NCBI GenBank assembly: GCA_014905635.1
Contig: JABVCE010000003.1
Location: forward strand, 1,240,001 to 1,304,000
Origin: Scenedesmus sp. PABB004
Taxonomy: Eukaryota
Direction: 5' to 3'
DNA length: 64,000 bases
Part shown: one piece after another, positions 50,412 to 61,539 of the stretch
Layout of the letters: each line of letters starts with the position of its first letter
How positions within the stretch are numbered: position 1 is the first letter of the stretch
Notes under the pieces: generated by a model
Seen by the model: the letters and a program-made list of their open reading frames with translations, nothing else
Databases searched by the model: none
What the model was told of the DNA's origin: nothing
Made by a program: the position numbers and the translations under genes

Positions 50412-53108
50412 TCAGTCGAGCCGCTGCGCCGCCTGGCCGCGCGGCACGCGGCGGCGCTTGGGCGCGGGCGCGCCGCCGTCGTCCCCGCTGCCGTCGCCGC
50501 CCTTGACAATGCTGGCGTACAGCACGTGCCGCTCGTCGCCGCGGCGCTCAAACACAATCGTGTCGCCTGGCGCACAGCGCGCGGCACGGCGCGGTGCGAG
50601 TGAGCGTGCGGCGCAGTGCAGGGCGGCGCGCCGCTCACACCGCCGCGGCGGGCGCGCGTGCGAGCGCGGCGCAGCGCGGCGCGGCGCACCGACGTCGACG
50701 CCGTGCGTGCGCACAAAGTCGCGCCAGCCGCTCGTGAGGCGGAGGTGCTTCTGCGCGTTGCACGACACGCCCTCGTACTGCACACGCTGGCGCTGCCCGC
50801 TGACCGGCTCGACGACCCACACGTCCTCCTTCCACAGCTGCTCGTAGCTGCTGCCGGGCTTGCCGCCGCCGGCGGAGGCCGCCGCGCCGTCGCCGCGCGG
50901 CGGCGGGGCGGCGCGGAGGTCGTGGTAGGGCAGCAGGTGCTCCGCCATGGGCTGCGTGATGTTCAGGCGCTTGAGGTACGTCTTGCACGTTATCACGCGC
51001 GCATACCTGTGACGCCAGGCGGCGGGGCGTGGCGAGTGGGCGGCGGCGGCGTGGGTTGGCGGCGGCGCGGGTTGGCGGCGGCGGGGCCGCCGAGCGCAGC
51101 GTGCACGCTCCTCCCGCAGCGCAGCGCGCCCCCCTTCCCCCGCGCTCACCTCGCGACCTCCCCCGGGTTGGAGCTGGGCTGCGCCTGCAGCGCGGCGTCG
51201 CCGCCGTCGCCCTGCGGCGCCGCGCCGAGCGCGAGCGCGGGCCAGCCGCCGCCCGGCTGGCCGGGCGGCAGCGCGCCCCACTGCAGCGCGCTGTAGCAGT
51301 CTGCCGGCATCGCAAACGGCCCGCCGCCCGCGACCGCGGCGGCGGCCGCCGCTGCCGCCGCGGCCGTGGGCGTGCCGGCGTCGTCAAGCTTTGCAAACTG
51401 CAGCGCCGCGTACTGCCGGACGCCGGCCTCGGCCAGCAGCTCCTGGTTGACCTGGCCCAGCAGGCCGTCCAGCGTGGCCAGGCCCGGGAGGCTGGCCACG
51501 GGCGGCCCGGCAAACAGGTCCCCCGGCGCACCGACCGGCGCGCGCGGCGCGCCCAGCGCGCCGACCAGGTGCGGCAGCTCCAGCTGGCGCAGCGCAAAGG
51601 CGGAGGCGTGCCCGCCCGCCGCCGGCTGCGGGGCGGCCGGCAGCGCCTCCGGCTGCTGCGGCTGCTGCTGCTGCTGCGGGACCTGCGGCTGCTGCTGCTG
51701 CTGCTGCTGCTGCACCTGCTGCTGCACCTGCTGCTGCTGCTGCTGCTGCAGCGCGGCGGCAAACGGGTCTGGCTCCCGCTGGCTGAACAGCGCGGCTGCG
51801 GCGGCGGCAGCGCGATAGCTGAACGCAGGCCGCCCGAGGCCCCCGCCGCCGCCCCAGACCGGCGGCAGCGGCTCGTCGCCCGCTGCCGCGGCGGGCACCT
51901 CGCGGCGCGTGAACGGCGTCAGCGGCGACGCCTGCTGCTGCGCCGCCGGCTGCTCCGCCGCCGCCTGCGCCGCCGGCGCCGCCTGCGGCTGCTGCTTGGC
52001 CGCCGCGCTTGCCGGCGCGGGCGCCTGTATGTGTGCCGCGAACGCGGCGAGCTCGCTGGGCTTGATCCCGAGCAGGTCTGAGCTCTGCTCCATGAACGAC
52101 AGGCTCGGCAGCCCGCTCAGCGTGAGTGGAAGGTCCGCGTCCTGCACGCGCGGGGCGCGGCGGCACGAGGTGGGCGGCGCGCGGCGAGCGCGGCGCGGCG
52201 CGCGGGCGGGCACGGCCAGCCACGCGGGCGCGCGTCGCCGCCGTCCAGCTGCCGCGGCGGCGCACCTTGAGGCTGTCCAGCATGCCGAAATCGCGCAGGC
52301 AGGCCCTGAGGCTGCCGCTGCCGAGCTTGCCCGCGCCCGCCGCAGCGGGCGCGGAGGGCAGCGAGCCGGAGCCCGGCGGCAGCGCGAGGTCGGGCAGGCT
52401 GTCGCTGCGCGGCAGCCCCGCGGTGAGCAGCCCGCTCTCCGCGCGCGCCGCCTCGCACAGCAGCGCGTCGGCGAGGCCGCCGCTGCTGCTGCGGCAGATG
52501 CCGCTCGCGAGGCGCAGCGCGGCGCCGCCGGCGCCCGCGCGTACCGCGCCCGCCGCCGCCGCGAGCGCGCGCGCCTGGTGCGTCACGCTGCTGGGGCGCG
52601 AGACCATGCCGCTCGGCGTGGGCAGCAGGCAGGGCGGCGCGCCGCTCGGCGCGCCGCCGCCGAGCTCGAGCGCCGCCTGCGGCGCGTCGGCGCCCTCCTC
52701 CAGCGCCGGCGGTGTCGGCAGCAGCCGCGTCTGCGACAGCGCCGCAAACGCGGTCGCCGCGGCGGGCTCGGGGGCGGCCTCGGGCCCGCGGTGCTGCCCG
52801 CCCGACGACGCGGCGCTGCACGACTGCGCGGCGGCGCCCGCCTGCTGCGGCGGCGCCGCGTGCTCCGCCGCCGACGGCGCCGGTGGCGCCGCCATGCCGT
52901 CGACCAGCGACAGCAGCGCCGCCTGCGCCGCGGGCGCGATGCCCTCCAGGCGGGTGATGCCGTGCACCAGCGCGGCGCGCGCCGCGTCGTTCAGCACGGG
53001 CGCCGCGCCGGCGCCGGCGTCGCCCCCGGCGCGGCGCGCCACGCTCGGCTGGCGGAGCTCCGCCAGCAGCTGCGGGTTGTCCGCAACCGTGAAGGGGCTG
53101 GCGTCCAT
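50412..53108 (-). CDS. B3 DNA-binding domain transcription factor (C-terminal B3), 4 exons
   Basis: KRLNITQPMAEHLLP ... LTSGWRDFVRTHGVDVGDTIVFER matches the B3 consensus (RL.IP...AE..LP; GW..FV....L..GD...F). The N-terminal part is long and disordered. Confidence 0.8.
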
Positions 53109-53860
53109 GGTGGTGCGGGGGGGGGCGCGCTGACGGCCGCTGAGCGGCGGGCCGCAGCACTCCGGCAGCGGCGGCAGGGGCGGTGGAAGCAGCGGCAGCG
53201 GCGATGGCAGGGCGGTCGCTGCGGCGTGCCCGACGCACGCCGGAGGCTGAGAGGGCTGAAGGCGGCACGCCCGGGGCTGAGAGGGGCCCCTGCGTGTGGC
53301 GTGAAGCCGATGGCGGAGCCGGGAACGAAGCTGGCTCCTCCGCGTCCGCGCAGGAGCGCGGGGGCCCCGCGTCGGCGTGTTCGGAGGACGACGTGCGCTG
53401 GAGCGGACCTGGCCTGGGCGACGGAGGCGCTGAGCGCCGTTGCAATCTGTCGGCGGCGGTGCGGCGGCGAATTGGGCGCTTTTGGGCTCCTCACCTTCCG
53501 CGGCTCCAGGCTCCCTGGTCCCAACGTGCGAGCTTCGGCCGATCCCCGAGCGAGGGCGCGTGCGGCGTCGTCCAGGCGCGCTGCGCGCGGCGCCCTGGGC
53601 AGCGCGGCACTCGCGCAGGACCGAGTCCTGCGTGCGCGGCCCTGCTTGCACGCCCCGCGGCAACCGGCGACCGTCACGACGGCACGCCTCCTGACGTGGC
53701 AGCCAGCGCTGGGGCCCCAGCCCACGCGCCCACCGTTCGAGCGCGCGCGCCCTGCACGCTGAGCCCGCCGCCAGCCTCGCACAGCCAGGGTGCGGCAATG
53801 CTCAATTGCCACGCGCCAACTGCATGCGGGACACCCCTCGCTCGCAGGCGGCGGCCGCGC

Positions 53861-55282
53861 TCAAGGGCCCTGCTGCGCGCCGCTCCCGCTCCCGCTCGCG
53901 CCGCTCGCGCCGGCCCGCCAGCGCAGCTGCCGCCGCGTCACCCGGCCGCCGCTCGCGCCCGCGTCCGCCGCTGCTGCGCCCTCCGCGGGGCCGCCGCCGC
54001 CGTCGCCGCCCGCCGCGCCGCCGCGCGCGCCGCGCGCGAGGCGCGGCGGCGTGATCTCCGGCCCCGCCGCGCCGCCGCCGCCGGCGGCGAGGGCGGCCGC
54101 GCCGGCGGCGGCGGCCGCGAGCATCGGCGCCGCGACGTTGACGCCGACGTCGACGTCCGCGGCCACCGCCGCCGCGGCCGCGCCGAGCGGGCTCGCCACG
54201 GCCGCGCGCTTCGCCGCGCCGCCGCCCGCCTTCTTCTTGCCCGCCGACGCGCCGCGCTTGCTGTTGGCCGGCGGCAGCTCGAGCCGCCACATCAGGTAGC
54301 TGCGGGCGGGCGGCGGGGCGCGCGAGGGCGCGGCGCCGGGCTGGGCGGCGGCGGGCGCGCGCGGCGCTGCTCACACGTGTGCGCCGCGCGACGGTCCCCG
54401 AGCCCAGCGGCGGCGACGGCGGCAGGCGCACCTGCCGACGCTGCGATAGGGCCGCCACGCCGCGGTCAGGGCCTCCATCTCAGCGGGGCCGGGCAGCGCC
54501 GCGCCCAGGCCGCACAGGTGCGCCACGCCCTGCGCGCGCGGGCGGCGCCCGTCGGCGGCGGCCGTCGGCCGCGGCCGGCGCGGCGGCGGCCGTCGGCCGC
54601 GGCCGGCGCGGCGCCGTCGCGCGGCCGTGGCGGCGGCGGGCGGTGGCCGTGGCGCGGCACCCTGGGACAGGACCCTGTCTCGCCTTGCGGACGCCGAGGT
54701 CGCCGACGGGCAGGACGTCGGGGCGGCCGAGGTGGAAGAGCGCAAACATGTCGACCGTCCAGGGGCCGATGCCGCGCACGCGCGTCAGCGCGCCGCGCAG
54801 CGCCTCGTCGTCGGCGGCGGTGAGCAGACCGTCCGAGAGGGAGCCGTCGGCGAACGCGGCCGCGAGCGACTGCACGTACTCCGCTTTGCGCTGCGAGAGC
54901 CCGCACGCGCGCAGCGCGTCGGGCGCCACGCCGAGCACGGCGGCGGGCGAGAGCGCCGACTCGTCGGGCACGCCGCAGGCCATGAGGAAGCGGGCGTAGA
55001 TCGCGGCTGCGGCTGTGCCGGCAAGCTGCTGGTACAGAATGCTCTTGCATAGGCTGGTGAAGCACGACGTCGACTTGGCCAGCAGCCGCTCCGGCGGGCC
55101 GTGCGTCTGCGCGCCGCGCGCGCGCGCGCAGCTCCGGTGATGGTCGAGGGCCGGCGCAGCGGGGGGCGCCGCGGGCGGCGCCGCACCTCCAGCAGCGTCG
55201 CGAGGCGCGGGTCGGCGACGGCGAGGTGGTCGCACGCCGACTGGAGGTCGGCCAGGCTCGCAAAGCTGCCTGGAGCCGCCAT
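53861..55282 (-). CDS. DNA-3-methyladenine glycosylase (AlkA/Mag1, HhH-GPD family)
   Basis: SILYQQL, GLSQRKAEY, HhH motif VRGIGPWTVDMF, DVLPVGDLGVRK and WRPYRS. The start may lie further upstream. Confidence 0.88.
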
Positions 55283-55605
55283 GACAGCGAGCCGCTGGCC
55301 GGCGCCGCGTCCGCCGCTGTCGCGCGGGACCCGCTGCTGCTGCTGCCGCGCGCCGCGCAGCCACGCGCGGGCGGCGGCAAGCGCGGCCAGCCCGGCGACA
55401 GGCGCGCGCTGGTTCTGGGTCTGTGGCAGGAGCGAGGAGGCGCAGCGCGGCGCACGGCGCGCGGGGCAGCGGCGAGCGACGGCGTGCGCTGCTGCTGCCA
55501 CGCTGGGCGCGCGAGCGGGCGGCGGCGCTGGGGGCGCGTCCGTCACCGCTGCCCGCTAACTCTCCGCTCTCCGCTCCGCGCCCGCTCTCTCAACCTCGCA
55601 CACAG

Positions 55606-57020
55606 CTACCCGCGCCACGGCTGCACCTTGACGCGCCGCGCGCTCTTGGCGGGGCCCTGCGACTCCACCTCGCCCTCGGCCTCCGCGATCGGCTCCAGCG
55701 ACGTGCCGCCGCGCGCGCGCTTGGAGCCGCCGACGGAGCCTGCGCTCGCGCCGCTGACGGCCGACGTGCCGGAGCGGCTGCGCGTGGCGCGCCCGCCGGC
55801 GGCCGCGGGCGGGCCGGCCCCGCCGCCCCGCTCGGCGCGGCGCCAGCGGACGCGGACGAGGCGCGGCGGGTGCGCGGGCGGCTGCTCACGCCGCCGTCTG
55901 CGCCGCCGTCCTGGGATGCCGAGCGCGCGGCGCCGCCGCTGCGCGTGCTGCGCCGCCGCTCGCCCCCGCTTGGCGCCAGGCTGGCGCTGGGTGCCGGCGC
56001 CGCGCTGGGCGCTCGGCGCGGGCGCAGGCGCAGCGCGGCGTCGCTGTCTGCCTCTGCCGCCGGTGCCGGGCCGCCGTCCTCGTGGATGGGCGGCAGCACC
56101 GCCGCCGGCGCGCGCTGCGGCGCGCCGCGGCCGCCACCGCCGCCGCCGCCGCCCGCGCTGGCCGGAACTCCAGGCTCCGACTCGCCCGCGTCCTCGTTGT
56201 GTGCGTCGCCCGGCGGCTCGGCGCTGTGCTGCGCGGCCGCAGGGCTGGCGCGCCCGGGCAGCAGCGCGCGCAGCGCCTCGGCGTCGCGCAGAAGCTCCTC
56301 ATGCGTCGCCAGCAGCGCGGCCAGCTCGTCCTCCGCCGCCACGACCTGGTCCCATGCCGCCGCCGCCGCCGCCGCCTGCGCCTCAGCCGCCTTTGCCGCC
56401 TGCGCCGCCGTCGCCGCCTGCGCGCTCGCCGCCACGTGCTCCTGCTCCTGCCGCCGCGCCTCCGCGGCAGCGGCCTCCGCCCGCAGGCCCGCCAGCTCCG
56501 CCTGCGCCGCCCCGGCCTCAGCCCGCAGGCCTGCCAGCTCCGCCCGCGCCGCCTCGGCCTCAGCCCGCAGGCCTGCCAGCTCCGCCCGCGCCGCCGCGCT
56601 GCCGCTCCGCGCGCCGTCCGCCTCGTCCTGCGCCGCGCGTGCCTCCGCCTCGAGGGCGGCACGGCGCGCCGCGGCCGCGGCCTCCGCCGCCGCGCGCTGC
56701 TGCTCCACCTCTGTGAGCGAGGCCTGCGCGGCCCGCACCGCCGCCTGCTGCGTGCCCAGCTGCGAGGCGCGGCGGGCGCAGCGCGCGTCCGTCGCGGGGG
56801 CCCTGTTGTGCTTGCACGGTGCCCCCGCGCGCGCCGCCGCACCTCGCGCCCCGCCGCCAGCGTGGCGGCTCGCGCGTCTGCGAGCGCGGCGCGCTGCGCG
56901 GCGAGCTCGCCGTCCGCCTGTGCGACCTGCTGCAGCGCAGCGCGGAGCGCCGCCTGCGCCTTGTCGACGTTGAGCTGCAGCTGGTCCAGCTTGATGCGGC
57001 GCTGACGCTCCGCGACGTCC

Positions 57021-57057
<37 letters not shown>

Positions 57058-57196
57058 GCTTGGGCGCCTGGTTGGCGACTCGCAGGAGCCCCTCGAGCTG
57101 CGCGACGCGCTGCTCGCACGCCGCCGCCGCGGCGAACACGCGCGCCATGAATTCGTCGAGCCCCTCGCCCGGCGCCAGCAGCTGCCGCCAGTCCAT
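55606..57196 (-). CDS. Uncharacterised Ala-rich coiled-coil protein
   Basis: MDWRQLL..., heptad-like region with three AELAGLRAEA repeats, one intron (~56842-56758). The end at TAG 55608-55606 assumes a 1-nt indel at 55826-55829. Confidence 0.65.
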
Positions 57197-57759
57197 CGCG
57201 CAGGCCCGCCCCACAGCGCGCCGCTCAGCGCCGCGCAGGACCCCAGCGCGCGTCGCGCTGTCGGCCGGGCGCGGCGCCCGGCGGCGCGGTGAGGGCGCGC
57301 TCGTCCGTGATGAAGGGCGGAGCCGCTGTGAGTCAGCGGCGTGAAGAGCCACGTGCGCCGATCGCGGGGCGGTGCCGCAACCGGGAGCAGCGGCGGCGGT
57401 CGGCGCCGCACCGTGCCTCGCACCGTGCGCCGATGGACGCGCGCCGTGCCTGGTTGCGCTCGATGAGTCCGCCCCCGCTTGCTGGCGTGAACTGGCGCCC
57501 TGCGCAGGAGCCCGCGCCGGCGCCGGCAGCGCTGCTGCGCGCGCGCGGCGGCGCGCGCTTGACTGCGGCGCAACCCTGACGAGTGGCGCGGCCCAGCGTG
57601 TGCTCGAACGGGTCGACCACGCGGAGGGGTGCGGCGGCAGCGCTGACCGATCGCGGCGGCGCGGCGTCGTCACGGCCGGCGGTTCAAGGCGGTCGCCGCC
57701 GGCGCTGCGCGCTTGGGCGATCGGCACGTTTCGCCCGCGACGCAGGTCGCCGCCGCAGG

Positions 57760-59229
57760 TCAGCTGTCGTCGTTGTCGTCGTCCGAGCCGCTGCCGTAGC
57801 TGCCTAACAAGCTCTGCAGCCCGGCGGCGGCCGGCTGCGCCGCTGGCTGCTGCTGCTGCCGCGCCTGCTGCTGCCCCCGCCGGCGGCGTCGAGCCGCGGC
57901 CGCTTGCTCGGCCCCCGCCATCGCTGCCAGCTGCTGCTCCGGCCGCTCCGCCTGCCGCTGCCCCTGCGCCTGCTGCGCCCTTGGGCGTGACCTTGAGGAT
58001 CGGCCGCAGCGCCGGCTTGGCCGCCTTGGCGGCGGCGGCGGCAGCGGGCGGCGCCTTGGCCGCGCCGCCCGAGCCGCGGCGCCCGAGCGCGGCGCCGGCG
58101 CTGCCGGGGCCCGGCCCCGCCGCCGCGTCGAGCCCTGCCTCCGCCGCCGCCGCGAGCGCGGCCGCCTCGGCCTCCGCCTCGGCCGCCGCCTTGGCCTCGG
58201 CCGCCGCGGCGACGGCGGCACGGTACTCCTCCAGCGCCGCCGCCTCGTCCTGCTGCTGCTCGCGCAGCTGGCGCGCCTCCTGCTCCGCCAGGCTGTCCAG
58301 GAACTCCAGCTCGTCCGGCTCCAGCGGCCGGTTCTTGCCTGCGGCGCGGCGCGGCGCGGCGGCAGCGCAGGCGTCGCGCGCGGGGGGCGGCCGCCGGGTC
58401 AGCGCCTGCACGGGGCACAGCGCGCACGCGGCGCGTGCGCGCGGCTGTCGCCTGGGGATCATTCCGGCCGGCCGTGGAGGGGTGCGGCCGGCAGGAAATT
58501 AAGCCAGGGCCTGCTGTCGCGCCGCCGCCCCCGCCGCGCGGCACCGCGGCAGGCCGCGCCGCGGCGGGGCGGCGGCGCTCCGCGCCCGCGCCCGCTGCGC
58601 CCGCACCCCCGCCCGCCGCCGTGCCCAGCTCGCCCCGCCCCTCCGCCCTCTCCGGACCCTCTCACCCGTCTTCATCTGCTTCCACTGCGCGTCGAACGCG
58701 TCCTGCTTGGCCGCCTTGCGCTCGGCCAGGATCTCGGCGAGTGGCTTGTCGGCCGAGATGGTGCCGTCGTCGACATTCAGCCCCCGCGCCGCCTTGATCT
58801 CCTCCAGCTGCGCGCGCGTGCGGACAGCGGCGGCGGCGGCGGCGGCGTGAGCTGGCGCCGCTGCGGCCGCCGCGCGCGGGGCGCTGTTCGACGCAGCGCG
58901 CCCACGCCGCCGGCGCCGACGGCGGCGGCGGCGGCGCACCTCTGACTCGGTGACGAAGCGCTTGGCGCCCATGGTGGCCTTGAGCTGCTCCATCGGGTCC
59001 AGCGCCTTGTGCTGCGAGGGGAACACGCTCGCCGCGTCGCGGCCGAGCACCGCCTCCACGTCGTACACCTCCGCCGGCCTGCGGCGAGGAGCGCGCGGGC
59101 GGCGGCGGCGGCCGCCGTCGTCGGCGCCGCGGCGGCGCCGTGCCGCAGCCGCGGCGGCCGCCGGAGCGGGATCAACAGCAGCAGCACTCACTGTTCCAGC
59201 CGGACCATCTCCACCGGCCGCCGCTCCAT
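57760..59229 (-). CDS. PSME3IP1: FAM192A / NIP30 / PSME3-interacting protein homologue
   Basis: RFVTESELEEIK, KPLAEILAERKAAKQDAFD and NRPLEPDELEFLD, with C-terminus LLGSYGSGSDDD. The last exon needs homopolymer indel correction. Confidence 0.8.
58443..58580 (-). ncRNA. Intronic box H/ACA snoRNA candidate, copy 2 (canonical H box ACAGCA)
   Basis: In the FAM192A intron (~58665-58339), sense to the host gene. H box at 58517-58512, ACA at 58448-58446. Near-identical to 29097-29233. Confidence 0.65.
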
Positions 59230-59577
59230 GGTGCGGCGGCGGCAGCAGCGGCGGCGGGGGCAGAATCGGCGGCGGCAGCGTCTGCAGCGCCGTTGGCGAG
59301 AGAGCTGCGGCGCCAACGGTGAGAGGGATCTGCGCTGACCCGATCCGGCTGGGGGAAGGGGGTGTAGCGGGCGGGCTGCGCAGCACAAGGCTGTTGTTTG
59401 CGTGCGGTTCGGCGTGCAAAACCTGGCCTGCCTGCAGCGAGGCGGGGCCCGCGCTGCCAGCGTTCTGTCAGTGACGCGCTCCACGCCTCCCGCCTCGCCG
59501 CAGGCACGCACGCTGCCCGCACAGCCGACAGCAGCAGCAGCAGCGGGCGCGCAGCGGCGGCGCCGCCGCGCCGCGCG

Positions 59578-61353
59578 ATGCAGGCGCCGCGGCCCTCGCC
59601 CTGGGCCAACAAGCACGTCCTGCTCACGGGCGGCTCGGAGGGCCTGGGTCTGGCGCTGGCGCGGCAGCTCGTCGCCGGCGGCGCGCGCGTGAGCCTCGTG
59701 GCGCGCACACTCAGCAAGCTCCAGGCCGCGGCCGACGAGGTTGCCGCGGCGGCGGCGGCGGCGGCGCAGCAGCAGCAGGCGCAGCAGCAGGTGCAGCAGC
59801 AGCAGCAGGTGCAGCAGCAGCAGCTGGTGCAGCAGCAGCAGCTGGTGTACGTACACTCTGCGGACGTGACCAAGTTCAACCAGGTGCGGCGCCGGGCACG
59901 GGCAACGTGCAGCTGCGGCCGCAGCCGACAGCCGCACGCCGCCAGCGGCGAGCCCGCCGCCCGCGCCGCCCGCGGCCGCAGGTCGTCGACGCGGTCGCGG
60001 CGGCCGAGGCGGCGCTGGGGCACGTCGACCTGCTGATCTGCTGCGCCGGCGCGGCGGAGCTGGGTGCGGCGCGCACCCGCGGGGCGGGCGGGTCCCGTGG
60101 GCGCCGCGCCGCGCCGCGCCGCCGCGCCACGCGCCGCCCGCGCCGCGCCGCGCGCCCCCAGGCTACTTCCACGAGCTGCCCTGCGAGGTCTTTGAGCGCC
60201 AGGTGTCGCTCAACTACCTGGGCAGCCTGCACGCCGCGCGCGCCGTCTACGCCGGCATGGTCGCCCGCAACGCCGGCCACATCGCGTTTGTGGCGTCGAC
60301 AATGGCGCTCATGGGTGTGCGGCGCGCGCGCGCGTGCGGGGCCCGCAGCGCGCAGCGCGCATCGCAGCAGCCGCTGCGGAGCCGCCGCCTCCGCGGGGCG
60401 CGCCCAGGCCCTGCTGCCGCGCCCGCGCACGCGCCTCGCGCGCCCTCGCGCTCACTCTTTCCCTTTCCCTCTCCGTCCCGCCCTCCCGCCCTCCCGCCCA
60501 GGACTCATCGGATACAGCGCGTACGCACCCAGCAAGTTTGCGGTGCGCGGCCTGGCAGAGTGTCTGCGCAATGAGGTGAGGCGCCGGCGGGGCGGCGCGC
60601 CAGGCGGCAGGCGGCGCGCGGGGCTCACCAACGGCTGCGTGCCCCCGCGCGCGCCCCTCGAGCGCCGCCCCGGCCGCCGACGCCGCCGTCGCCGCCGCCG
60701 TGGCGCCGCGCCGCGCCCCGCCCCCGCGCAGCTGCAGGGCAGCAACGTGCGCGTGAGCATCTCCTACCCTGCCGACATCAACACACCCGGCTACGCCAAG
60801 GAGAATCAGGGCAAGGTGCGGCGGCGGCCGCGCTGCGGCGCTGTCTGGCGCCGGCGCCGGCGCGCGGGCGCGGCCGGCGCGTCGGCGCGCGGCGCGCGGC
60901 CGGCGCGACGACCGCCGCCGCTGCTGCCGCGGCGCGCAGCCGTGGGAGACGGCCAAGGTATCCGAGGGCGTGCGCCTGCAGTCGGCCGACACGGTGCGCG
61001 GCCGCGCGCGCGCGCGCGCCGCGCGCAGCGCGCCCGCAGCCCGCGCCGAGCGCGCGCTGCCGCCGCGCCAGGTCGCGGCGTCGCTGCTGCGGGGCCTCGC
61101 GCGCGGGGACTACCTGCTGCCGAACAGCTCGTTCCTGGTCGGCCTGCTGCAGACGATCACCGCGGGCCTCGTGCCGCGCCGCCTGCTCGCGCTCGCGTGG
61201 GAGGGCCTGCTGGGGCTGCTGTCGCCGCTCATCTGCTGCATCGTCGCGGCGGAGCACGACGGCGTGGCTCGGCGCGGCGCGGCGCGGCGCTTCGCGCGGC
61301 TCTGGGCCGCCGGCCAGGCGGCGGGGCAGGGCGCGCCGCCGCCGCCAGAGTGA
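59578..61353 (+). CDS. KDSR: 3-ketodihydrosphingosine reductase (SDR family)
   Basis: TGGSEGLG, VSLVART, LICCAG, LNYLGS, GYSAYAPSKFAVRGLAECLRNE and YPADINTPGYAKEN, plus a C-terminal hydrophobic segment. Confidence 0.88.
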
Positions 61354-61539
61354 GCGAGTGATGGCGAGGTGCTTTCAACTCTGATCATTGCTGGGCGCGC
61401 CAAACGGGCTGTTCGGCGAAACCGCGCCGCGCGTTTCGGCGGACCGCGGTCCGCCGCCGCGCCGGCACCTGCTGCCCTCCCGGCCGGCGCGCCAGTCCCA
61501 CACGCGCCGTACTGCCACAGCGCCACAGTGCGCGCAGCC

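Noticed and set aside
57307..57360. Possible box C/D snoRNA (GTGATGA ... GTGAAGA ... CCGA)
   Set aside because: It is only ~55 nt, has non-canonical D boxes, no terminal stem and no rRNA complementarity I can recognise. It lies just upstream of a gene start, where the TGAGTCA and CACGTG motifs could equally be promoter elements.
1367..57580. Scattered TAGGGTT/AACCCT telomere-like words (e.g. ~1368, ~6454, ~11619, ~13357, ~41790, ~57572)
   Set aside because: These are isolated, imperfect single copies in inconsistent positions; there is no array and no support for telo-box function.
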